Positions 40,037 to 47,686 of a stretch of DNA of 47,686 bases are shown piece after piece (the first letter of the stretch is position 1; each line of letters begins with the position of its first letter). The stretch comes from Verrucomicrobiota bacterium (GTDB taxonomy: Bacteria > Verrucomicrobiota > Verrucomicrobiia > Verrucomicrobiales > DEV007): the NCBI GenBank assembly GCA_045046875.1, contig JASFYY010000153.1:1-47686 (forward strand), read 5' to 3'. Below the pieces are notes generated by a model. The model was not told the origin of the DNA and made no database searches. It was given only the letters and a program-made list of their open reading frames with translations. Both the position numbers and the translations under genes were made by a program.

Positions 40037-40066
40037 CATCCGCGTCCATCCGCGAAATCCGCGGTC
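40037..40066. repeat. solo triple-heptamer half element (ATCCGCG x3 + GTC)
   Basis: ATCCGCG at 40038, 40048 and 40057. Confidence 0.85.
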
Positions 40067-40095
40067 AAACTCTTATTCCTATTCCCCTACCCCAC

Positions 40096-40125
40096 AAAAA
40101 AACCGCAGCTCCATCGAAGCTGCGG
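40096..40125 (-). terminator. Rho-independent terminator of the 40164-41582 gene
   Basis: CCGCAGCT/AGCTGCGG 8-bp stem followed by T7 on the minus strand, about 40 nt after the stop. Confidence 0.85.
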
Positions 40126-40163
40126 CTTTCCATTTGATAAATGTTATGTCCTAAATGCTAAAT

Positions 40164-41582
40164 TCAAACATCCATCTTCCAACCATCACGGTAAGCCCGC
40201 TTGATCAAAGCATCCGCTTCCGGCGCATTGATCGCTTTCATGTTCGGTCCGTCCCACTGGATTTTCTTGCCCAGCTTCATCGCCAGGTTACCCAGCAGTA
40301 CGGTTTCAGAAAACGGTCCGGCGTAATCAAAATTACCCAATCCCTGACCATCATTTTTGATCGCGTCGTAGAACTCCTTATGCGGATCACTATCACGAGC
40401 TCTTTGCAGACTCGGATCAGGATTACAATCTTTCAGACGATCATTAGGTTTCACCACCCATTTGCTGTTATGGCGATTGAAGAAAAACTTGCCTTCTGAA
40501 CCAATCATCACCGTTCCAAAACCCTTGCTCTCAGTCGGGTTTTCACCCTCCAGGATTTCCGCTGGTGGCACGTTCGGCTGACTAGGTCTTTTACTGGCGT
40601 CATCCTTGTTCACCAACGCCCACTTCTCTTCATTAAACACCGCGTCCTTGAACCCATCATGCCAGACATATTTCACTGGTGGTTTGCTGCCCCGTGCAGG
40701 GAACTCATAAGTGATCGTTGACCAGATCGGAGGCGAAACAGGGGTGCTTCCCGAGGTCACCGCTTCGACCGAAGTCGGCGAACCTAACTCCAATGACCAG
40801 AAAGACATATCCATCACGTGACAAGCCATATCTCCCAACGCGCCCGTACCAAAATCCCAGTAACCACGCCAATTAAAAGGAGTGATTTTTGAACTGTAAT
40901 CATGAAAAGGAGCCGGTCCGATCCACAAGTCCCAGTTGATGTGCGCAGGCACCTCTTCCTTGCTTGGAAAACGCGGCACCGCTTGTGGCCAGATCGGACG
41001 GTTGGTCCAAGTATGCACCTCGGTCACATCACCGATCAAACCCGCGCGAATCAACTCCACCGCACGACGCATCGAGTCGAGCGCGTGAGCCTGGTTGCCC
41101 ATCTGGGTTTTCACCCCAGTCTCCTTGGCTACCTTGGTCATCATCCGGGCTTCCCAGATGTCATGAGTAAGAGGTTTCTGACAATAAACGTGTTTGCCCT
41201 TTTTCATCGCCGCGATCGAAGCCATCGCATGCACATGGTCGGGAGTCGAAACGGTCACCGCATCGATGTCGCTTTCTTTATCGAGCATTTCCCGCCAGTC
41301 TTGATAAAATTTTGCCTCAGGGTATTTGCGGCGAGTGCCGGAAACCGCGCCTTCACGACCAGCCAAGCGTCCTTTGGTCGCATCGACCACATCACACAAA
41401 GCGACGATATTAAAACCTGCCGCATCCGAGTTGGCTATATCGCTGGCTCCTTTTCCTCCGGTGCCGATACCGGCGAGATTGATACGATCATTGGCACCGA
41501 ACACGCGGCTCGGAACTACTTGAAAACCAAACAGAGCTGCAGCAGCTCCTTTGGTGAATTTACGTCTGGTGATTTTTTCCAT
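40164..41582 (-). CDS. Tat-exported Gfo/Idh/MocA oxidoreductase
   Basis: TRRKF twin-arginine leader; GIGTGGKG, STPDH.H, YCQKPL, QMGNQ, WRGYWDFGTGALGDMACH. Confidence 0.92.
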   Translation of the reverse strand: MEKITRRKFTKGAAAALFGFQVVPSRVFGANDRINLAGIGTGGKGASDIANSDAAGFNIVALCDVVDATKGRLAGREGAVSGTRRKYPEAKFYQDWREMLDKESDIDAVTVSTPDHVHAMASIAAMKKGKHVYCQKPLTHDIWEARMMTKVAKETGVKTQMGNQAHALDSMRRAVELIRAGLIGDVTEVHTWTNRPIWPQAVPRFPSKEEVPAHINWDLWIGPAPFHDYSSKITPFNWRGYWDFGTGALGDMACHVMDMSFWSLELGSPTSVEAVTSGSTPVSPPIWSTITYEFPARGSKPPVKYVWHDGFKDAVFNEEKWALVNKDDASKRPSQPNVPPAEILEGENPTESKGFGTVMIGSEGKFFFNRHNSKWVVKPNDRLKDCNPDPSLQRARDSDPHKEFYDAIKNDGQGLGNFDYAGPFSETVLLGNLAMKLGKKIQWDGPNMKAINAPEADALIKRAYRDGWKMDV

Positions 41583-41697
41583 GGATTCTTTATAGGGTTG
41601 ATAGGGTTTAGACTGGGAATTAAGAGCCGATCAGTGGACGAATCAAACATTTTTGCTCATCTTACGTGATCACGGATATCCCCGACCCTGCCTTTTG

Positions 41698-43032
41698 TCA
41701 TTCAGCCACCTCCACCAGCTGCAAAGCGGGGTCACCCACCATGATCCACAGCAAGGCATTACGGCGGCCTTGCGCTGACCTCTGCCCCCGTTGCTCTGGT
41801 TTCAGACAGAATTGCCCTCTCGGCAAATTCACCCGCTGAATAGCCGCATTCAACAAACGCTGCGAACTTTCACCAACACTCAATCCCTGCATCAGCGATT
41901 CAAATACCGGGAACACACTGGGAAATCCATCACTCAAACGCATGTGAGCCAATACCGCCACCGCCCCCTGGGACACCATCCGTTCGGCAAAACGCCCGGC
42001 TTGTTGATTCACCGGGCCACCTCCAGGCCCCCGCTGCAACAGGGGGAAATCCGATTTTTCAGGCATGGCGGAAAAACACGCCCCGCACAACACCATTTTG
42101 CCAGAAAAATCCACCTCTTGAAAAGCGTCGAGCGACAAAGCGCAAATCCTGCCCGGCGCCCCGTGACCATAAATCATCAACAACGAAGCCTGCTCGAGGG
42201 CCGCCTCCGATTGACTCGGCAACCCAGGCAACAAACGCCCCCCACCCATGGCCCCGATCACCCGGTCATCCGGATCGCCCACCGCCGAACGCACTTCCCT
42301 GGTGATACCCGGAGCTCGAATGCGCACACTCAAGCTGGGCATTTTTATGCCCAGGTTTTCAAAATAATCATCCATGATACAGGTCTTCTGCTGCGAACGG
42401 ATTTCTTGTGCCGAAACCTGACACAGGGTAAAAGGCTTGAGCCCCTTCACCCCGGACGGTCGAAAAGCTATCGTTTGATCGATCAAACGGACAAAACTCT
42501 CGGCATCCCCAGCGACCAACCAGCCCGGAAAGACATCCAACTCGGCATCTTCGTCGAGTGAAGACGCCACATCGAGAAAAGCCAGTACCACATTCTCACG
42601 AAAGCTCTTTTTCCTCGGAGCCAGTGCCACAAAACGTGCGTCCGCCGCTTTCAGATCAGCCCGCAACTTCCCCCGCGCGCTGTCATTCTCAACCAAATCT
42701 CCCAAATCCTGATAAACTAACAAACGCCCCTTACGAAACTCAAGCAATCGTCTCAGCGGTTTCAAATAAGCTTCATCAACATGATCCGTCACCACCACAT
42801 AAGCCTGCCCTGCCACCGGATGCTCCGCCGTTTGGTGAATATAAAGCGCCTGCCCAAGCAAGCTCTTGCCAAGCTTCGCCCGCCCTTGGGCATCCACCCG
42901 CTTGATCTGATCAATTCGCGGCACCTCATACGAGCGCCGGGGGGCCTCTTCAGCCACTGACGTGACCACCGCAAAAATACAAACAACTAAGCAAACAAAC
43001 GCCAAACTAAACCTAATCACTCCACACCACAT
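41698..43032 (-). CDS. secreted hypothetical protein with a clan CD (gingipain/C25-like) peptidase domain
   Basis: signal peptide; IYGHG ... VLCGACFS His/Cys spacing; GAVAVLA; C-terminal MVGDPAL. Confidence 0.6.
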   Translation of the reverse strand: MWCGVIRFSLAFVCLVVCIFAVVTSVAEEAPRRSYEVPRIDQIKRVDAQGRAKLGKSLLGQALYIHQTAEHPVAGQAYVVVTDHVDEAYLKPLRRLLEFRKGRLLVYQDLGDLVENDSARGKLRADLKAADARFVALAPRKKSFRENVVLAFLDVASSLDEDAELDVFPGWLVAGDAESFVRLIDQTIAFRPSGVKGLKPFTLCQVSAQEIRSQQKTCIMDDYFENLGIKMPSLSVRIRAPGITREVRSAVGDPDDRVIGAMGGGRLLPGLPSQSEAALEQASLLMIYGHGAPGRICALSLDAFQEVDFSGKMVLCGACFSAMPEKSDFPLLQRGPGGGPVNQQAGRFAERMVSQGAVAVLAHMRLSDGFPSVFPVFESLMQGLSVGESSQRLLNAAIQRVNLPRGQFCLKPEQRGQRSAQGRRNALLWIMVGDPALQLVEVAE

Positions 43033-43123
43033 TTTTTTGATTAATGAATAAAACGCAACCGTAACAAAACTGGACAACCAAAGGCAAGTTCAGATCTCTC
43101 TCCACCGCTTTAAATCCTTTTCC

Positions 43124-43154
43124 CTATCAGTGTTTTTCAGTGAAATCAGTGGTT
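43124..43154. repeat. solo triple-heptamer half element (ATCAGTG/TTCAGTG/ATCAGTG + GTT)
   Basis: ctATCAGTG-ttt-TTCAGTG-aa-ATCAGTG-GTTaaaatatt; same GTTAAAATATT tail as the copy ending at 3295. Confidence 0.85.
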
Positions 43155-43286
43155 AAAATATTTTTTATCGCATAGGTCAAAACTTGCTACAAACCTGCCC
43201 ATGTTTCGTTCAACAGGACTTCTGTAGCTTTCACGACAACTCAAATCCTCAAATACCGATAGGTGCGAATAAAGCGCATGCTCCCA

Positions 43287-43649
43287 TCACTCCCCCCGGT
43301 AAACACAACGCGCAGTACACGTTTCCGCCACCATTATTTCCGTGAGCAAAGGCAGCTGCGGTTTTAATCGCTGCCAAATCCACAAAGCCACGTTCTCGCT
43401 GGTAGGGTTCTGCAAACCTTCGATTTCGTTGAGATAATAATGATCCAACTGGTTCCACAAAGGTTTAAACGCAGCGCTGATGTCCGCGTAGTCCATCACC
43501 CAGCCCAAGTCTGGATCACACTCCCCTGCGACCACCACCTCCACTTGGAAACTGTGCCCGTGCAAACGCCGGCACTTGTGCCCTTCGGGCAAATGCGGCA
43601 AAAGATGCGCGGCTTCAAATTGAAAGGTTTTTCGTAACTCGAGTTTCAT
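43287..43649 (-). CDS. queD: 6-carboxy-5,6,7,8-tetrahydropterin synthase
   Basis: [30 protein letters not shown] motifs. Confidence 0.95.
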   Translation of the reverse strand: MKLELRKTFQFEAAHLLPHLPEGHKCRRLHGHSFQVEVVVAGECDPDLGWVMDYADISAAFKPLWNQLDHYYLNEIEGLQNPTSENVALWIWQRLKPQLPLLTEIMVAETCTARCVYRGE

Positions 43650-43664
43650 CAGACAATAACAAAT

Positions 43665-44546
43665 CTATTTCAGTAAAGTTGCCAAAGGCATGTATTTCTG
43701 CCCTCCGCTTCCAGGCCAACCGTCGGGGTGGTAAAACAAACCTTCCACCGCTTCGAGCTTTTTATCCAAAGCTACTGAGTTGATCTTGAACTTCACCGTC
43801 AACTCATCGCCTTTGACCGACATCTGCTGCGCGGCGGTGGTATCGACATAAGACAGTGCCGAATAAAAATACAGTTTATCTTTAACTTCAACTGCCAGGT
43901 CTTTGTCGCTCTTGACTTTCAGCGTGACCCACTCCCCCTCGCGCGAAGCCGAATAAGTCCAACCGTCTAACGGCTTGGGCAACTTACTGCGCGCCGCTTT
44001 GATTTTTTTTCTTACCGGCTCATTCCACTGTTTCTGCGCGCCAGCTTTCACACTCACTTGCAAATCCTGAAACGCCACATTACAGCAATTTTTTTCCGCG
44101 CAAGTCATCCACGCCGCCCGTGCTTTCAAAGAGTAATCACCCTCGGGCAACTCCTCGGGCGCCGTGATATCCACCAGCAACCAAGTATCACCCGCATAAC
44201 CGTGGGTATTATAAATCACCATCGTCACCCGTTCGGGAACCTGCCATTGAATTTTTCCCGCCTTGAAGCCCTTCGGCAAAACCCAGTCCAACATCGTCGC
44301 CACCCCAACCGTGCCGGGATTTTTCCAATAGGTGTGGTATTCATCCTTGTGCTTCAGCGACAGGGCAATGGTAAAAGTCTGTCCTGCCACGATCGTCTTG
44401 GCTTCGCTCACCAACCTGGCATCGACTCCCACCAGACGCATCGATGCCGCATCCAGTTTGCCAGCGCCGGCGCTCAACATCAAGCAGAGCCCAGCCAAGC
44501 ACAGCAGCGTGCCGATCATCCCTATGTTGGTTGTTTTTTTCATCAT
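43665..44546 (-). CDS. DsbD N-terminal (Ig-like) domain-containing periplasmic protein
   Basis: signal peptide; YHTYWKNPG..G.AT.LDW.LP.G, WQVP, WMTCAEKNCC. Confidence 0.85.
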   Translation of the reverse strand: MMKKTTNIGMIGTLLCLAGLCLMLSAGAGKLDAASMRLVGVDARLVSEAKTIVAGQTFTIALSLKHKDEYHTYWKNPGTVGVATMLDWVLPKGFKAGKIQWQVPERVTMVIYNTHGYAGDTWLLVDITAPEELPEGDYSLKARAAWMTCAEKNCCNVAFQDLQVSVKAGAQKQWNEPVRKKIKAARSKLPKPLDGWTYSASREGEWVTLKVKSDKDLAVEVKDKLYFYSALSYVDTTAAQQMSVKGDELTVKFKINSVALDKKLEAVEGLFYHPDGWPGSGGQKYMPLATLLK

Positions 44547-44631
44547 TAAATTGCCAAAAATTTCGCCCTCACTCCATATACAGCCTGTTCCACCAGATTT
44601 CTACCCGCACTATTCGATACGCAAAGAAAAC

Positions 44632-46107
44632 TCAAGGAGATGCCTTGTTCTTCATGGATTCTATCAAATCCATCGATTCTATCGATTGCGGTGCTTCCAT
44701 CGATTCCTCCTGATACCCCGCGCAATACTCACGCAGCAAAACCGCCGCCTCTTGATCCCCCTTTGCTTCGATTTTTTCCAGCAAGCGCAAGCCGTCACTC
44801 TGCTGCGGATCGGGCTCCGCCCCATGATCCAACAAAACCCGGGCCAAATCATAACGCTGCTGGCGCAACGCAAGTGACAAGGGAGAACCGACGCCGACCA
44901 CCAACTGCTCGTTGGCATCGGCTCCCGCTGCAAGCAAGACCTCCACCACCTCCCGGTCGCCAAGCGCCAACGCCGTCCACAACAATCCCTGTGCGTCCGC
45001 CTTCCAACTGAGCAATTGCCGCACCCAAGTTATTTTTTGCTCCGATACCGCCCGCTTGAGCAAAGAACCCGCCGCGGATTTTTTGCCCGCTTCGACATTG
45101 CCGCCCCAGTGAAGCAAACGCCCCGCCAACTCAATCTGATTCGCCTGATAAACCTTCAGCATCCAGTCATCGGCCACCTTACTTCCCTTATTTTTCACCA
45201 ACAGTTGCAAACGCAATTCATCCCCGTTCTCAATCAATCGATCCACCACCGTGCTGCCACCCGCATCCTCTCCCCCCAAAGCCGCACCCGCTTGCAGCAA
45301 TCGCTCAAAAATCCCGCCATCTTTCAACCCGGCCGCCAACATCAAAGCCGTCTCCCCTTTTTTATTCGTCTGATCAAGATCCGCTCCGTGATCAATAAAC
45401 AGCTCCAGTATTTTCATTTCACCCGCCGCCGCCACCTCAAGTAACAACGGCTGCCCGTCGTCGCCCAACTGATTGACACCCGCTCCCGCCGCCAAAAAAG
45501 CCGCTACCCACTGCTGCTTATTCTCCTCCACCGCCAGCACCAAGCCGGTCTTGCCATCCGCGCCCCGCTGATCGATCTCCCGTTGGTGTTGTAATAAAAA
45601 ATCAAACAAATCCCGCTGATCCCCTCGATAGGCTGCGATCACCAACGGCTCCTCTCCGTCCAAAACATCCGGCCACTTGGCACCCGCCCCGATCAATTGC
45701 CCGGCGATACCAAACTCCTCAGCCTGCAACGCCCGCCCCAAAGCGCTAAGTCCGCTACCCCCTTCTGGAGTAACCAAATCCAGCGTTGTAAGCACCCGCT
45801 GATATGACAACAACTCCTCCACCCAGCGCTCACTGCCCGCCGCCACCGCTGCGAGCAAAGCCGTTTCACCGGCAGCACCTACCGCCCCCGGATCCACCCC
45901 CACCTGCAGCAAAGCCGCCACCTTTTTGTGATCATCATGCCGCACCGCCGCGATCAGCGACTCCACACTCAAGTCAACACCCTGCTCCTTGAGCTCCCGA
46001 CGGGTCCGGCCGACACTTTCATTGCGCAAATAATAGTCCGCCAGCGCCAGACCACTGAACGCAGTCACGACCCCCACCAGCAAAACAACATTACGCACCT
46101 TCAGCAT
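44632..46107 (-). CDS. membrane-anchored ankyrin repeat protein
   Basis: N-terminal TM helix; repeated G.TAL..A...LL..GAD.N units. Confidence 0.9.
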   Translation of the reverse strand: MLKVRNVVLLVGVVTAFSGLALADYYLRNESVGRTRRELKEQGVDLSVESLIAAVRHDDHKKVAALLQVGVDPGAVGAAGETALLAAVAAGSERWVEELLSYQRVLTTLDLVTPEGGSGLSALGRALQAEEFGIAGQLIGAGAKWPDVLDGEEPLVIAAYRGDQRDLFDFLLQHQREIDQRGADGKTGLVLAVEENKQQWVAAFLAAGAGVNQLGDDGQPLLLEVAAAGEMKILELFIDHGADLDQTNKKGETALMLAAGLKDGGIFERLLQAGAALGGEDAGGSTVVDRLIENGDELRLQLLVKNKGSKVADDWMLKVYQANQIELAGRLLHWGGNVEAGKKSAAGSLLKRAVSEQKITWVRQLLSWKADAQGLLWTALALGDREVVEVLLAAGADANEQLVVGVGSPLSLALRQQRYDLARVLLDHGAEPDPQQSDGLRLLEKIEAKGDQEAAVLLREYCAGYQEESMEAPQSIESMDLIESMKNKASP

Positions 46108-46144
46108 TTTCCTGCTACAGCTTAAACCGCTATAGCCCGAAAGG

Positions 46145-47170
46145 CTAATTTTCGCCAAACATCATCCTCGCCTCGAAAGCCATGCCGAGAGCCGCCGCAC
46201 TGTCTCCACCTGCCGCCCACTCGAATTTTGTCGTCACCTGCTCGGGATCAATCGGACTTCTCAGATAAATCGGCCAGGCACGGCTCTCAAAACCCTCCAT
46301 GATCCACTCCAGATACTGATCGCGGAACGAAGACTCTGCCAAGCCGCCGCCAATGACGATCAAACCCGGATCAAACAAGCGCGTCAAATCCGCCAGCGCA
46401 TGACCAAAAATAAAACCCTGCTGTTTGAAAATTTCAATCGACAACTCATCACCCTCCTGGGCCAGATCACGCAAACGAAAAGCCTTTTCGCTGATCGGCG
46501 CATCGTCCTGATGCAACACATGCCCCGCCCACTTTTCTTTCTCCAACTCCAAGCCCAAACGACGACGCAGCGCCATCAAAGAAACCCAGGCCTCCACGCA
46601 ACCAACCTGTCCGCAAGTACACTTCGGCAGTGATCCATCATCTTCACGGAAAGGCACCGAATTATGCCCCACCTCCAGCGACAACCCATTTGCCCCTTCG
46701 TAAATTTTCCCACCCGGCAAAACCAAACCACCGGCCAAACCCGTTCCCGGAGCCGCCATCAGCAAACTTCCTTGGTAATCCGGACGCACCGCGTATTCAC
46801 CCGCCGCCGCCGCGTTGCCATCATTGGTCATGTAAAGAGGCACCCCGATCACCTCCTCGAACTCTTTGGCGATGTTCACCCCCACCCAGTCCTGAGCCAG
46901 ATTAGCCTTGCTCCAGATCACTCCGTCGCAGGACGGTGCAGGCACATCCAGCCCTACCCCTGCCAACTGCTCCCGCTGCAAACCATTCGCTTCGCACAGA
47001 CCATCCACCGCTGCGATCAGTTGCTCAAAAGTCCGTCGAAAACCCTCATCCACATGACTGCGAACCTCCAGCATCTCCCCCACCGCGGCACCGTTTTCAT
47101 CGACCAACATCGACTTAACCGTCGTTCCCCCGATATCCAATCCTGCAAAATATTTGTTTGATTCAGCCAT
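46145..47170 (-). CDS. ROK family sugar kinase
   Basis: GLDIGGT, NDGNAAAAGE, GTGLAGG, EVGH...CTCG..GCVE Zn motif; no HTH domain. Confidence 0.92.
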   Translation of the reverse strand: MAESNKYFAGLDIGGTTVKSMLVDENGAAVGEMLEVRSHVDEGFRRTFEQLIAAVDGLCEANGLQREQLAGVGLDVPAPSCDGVIWSKANLAQDWVGVNIAKEFEEVIGVPLYMTNDGNAAAAGEYAVRPDYQGSLLMAAPGTGLAGGLVLPGGKIYEGANGLSLEVGHNSVPFREDDGSLPKCTCGQVGCVEAWVSLMALRRRLGLELEKEKWAGHVLHQDDAPISEKAFRLRDLAQEGDELSIEIFKQQGFIFGHALADLTRLFDPGLIVIGGGLAESSFRDQYLEWIMEGFESRAWPIYLRSPIDPEQVTTKFEWAAGGDSAAALGMAFEARMMFGEN

Positions 47171-47276
47171 ATCCCTTCCCTTTCGTCGACTTTTCACCTT
47201 TCATCAATCCCGTATTCCCGTATTTGCATTTAAAAAGCCCACCCGTCAACGACGAAAACGACACCCCACCGCTTAA

Positions 47277-47611
47277 GGGTGCAGGACAAAAAAGTTAGCC
47301 ATTGTTTATTGAAAGCCACCTTATCACCCGTCAACATCATTTCGCCCATGCAGGGCTGGCGATAAAACCAATTTAACCCCAGCGCTTCGCACTGGGCTAT
47401 CACATTCTGTCCTTGCAGGACAGTTTGCTTTCATCTCTTTTTTGCACCAACGGTGCCCAATGATACAGCCCATTGCGAAGCGCTGGGTAAACAATCCAAT
47501 TATTCCAACCCTGCAAGGGCGAAATACCTCTTTTGCACCAACGGTGCTCAATGATATAGCCCAGTGCGAAGCGCTGGGTAAACAATTCAATTCTCCCAGC
47601 CCTGCAAGGCA
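47277..47611 (+). mobile_element. ~250-bp REPIN/MITE-like element, copy B (47277-47526), followed by a tandem duplicate of its right half (47527-47611)
   Basis: inverted homologue of 38871-39120; TTTTGCACCAACGGTGC...AGCCCA.TGCGAAGCGCTGGGTAAACAAT...CCCTGCAAGG occurs twice in tandem. Confidence 0.85.
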
Positions 47612-47686
47612 TACGCGTCAACTTAAGGCAAGAGCGTAGAAAGATTCATGATAATTTTTTCGCCGCCTCTTATCGTAGCAGCAATA

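Noticed and set aside
43650..43664. preQ1 riboswitch upstream of queD
   Set aside because: Only 15 bp separate queD from the upstream CDS, and no motif was seen.
44650..44710. ATCGAT-rich short repeats at the 3' end of the ankyrin gene
   Set aside because: They encode a low-complexity ESM/IES tail and do not match the intergenic repeat families.
47340..47611. CRISPR array or tRNA
   Set aside because: Units are inverted and nested palindromes without unique equal-length spacers or a cloverleaf; fits a REP/REPIN.
47324..47639. Small ORFs at 47324-47590, 47400-47621, 47442-47639 and 38689-38988
   Set aside because: They are translations of the palindromic repeat element.

Overview
A 47.7-kb bacterial chromosomal segment. 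Gene content (DUF1080, DUF6797/cytochrome c, three neutral-ceramidase-like hydrolases, sulfatase, BNR proteins, lpxI-gnnA-lpxB, MYG1) suggests a PVC-superphylum organism, probably Verrucomicrobia (inference). About 35 CDSs: housekeeping genes (dnaX, ybaB/ebfC, lpxI, lpxB, queD, UDP-glucuronate decarboxylase, ROK kinase) mixed with secreted carbohydrate/redox enzymes. I see no rRNA, tRNA, CRISPR array, integrase, transposase or reverse transcriptase. The most unusual signal is intergenic. (i) A family of elements built from a triple heptamer AT[CT][AC]G[CT]G at 9-10 bp period ending in GGTT occurs as inverted pairs around short cargo (3 sites) and as solo halves that all face the same way (4 sites). 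One pair lies inside an exact 59-bp duplication of a gene 3' end; another splits the lipid A operon. (ii) A ~250-bp REPIN/MITE-like element is present in two inverted copies. (iii) 7/14-bp CTGAAT[CT] tandem repeats bracket a gene directly after dnaX-ybaB. Also notable: a DUF6428-like gene with a stop codon just before its Cys-rich tail, a nucleotidyltransferase with a D-to-G change in its catalytic motif, and a divergent gingipain-like (clan CD) peptidase. All family calls come from motif recognition, not database searches.
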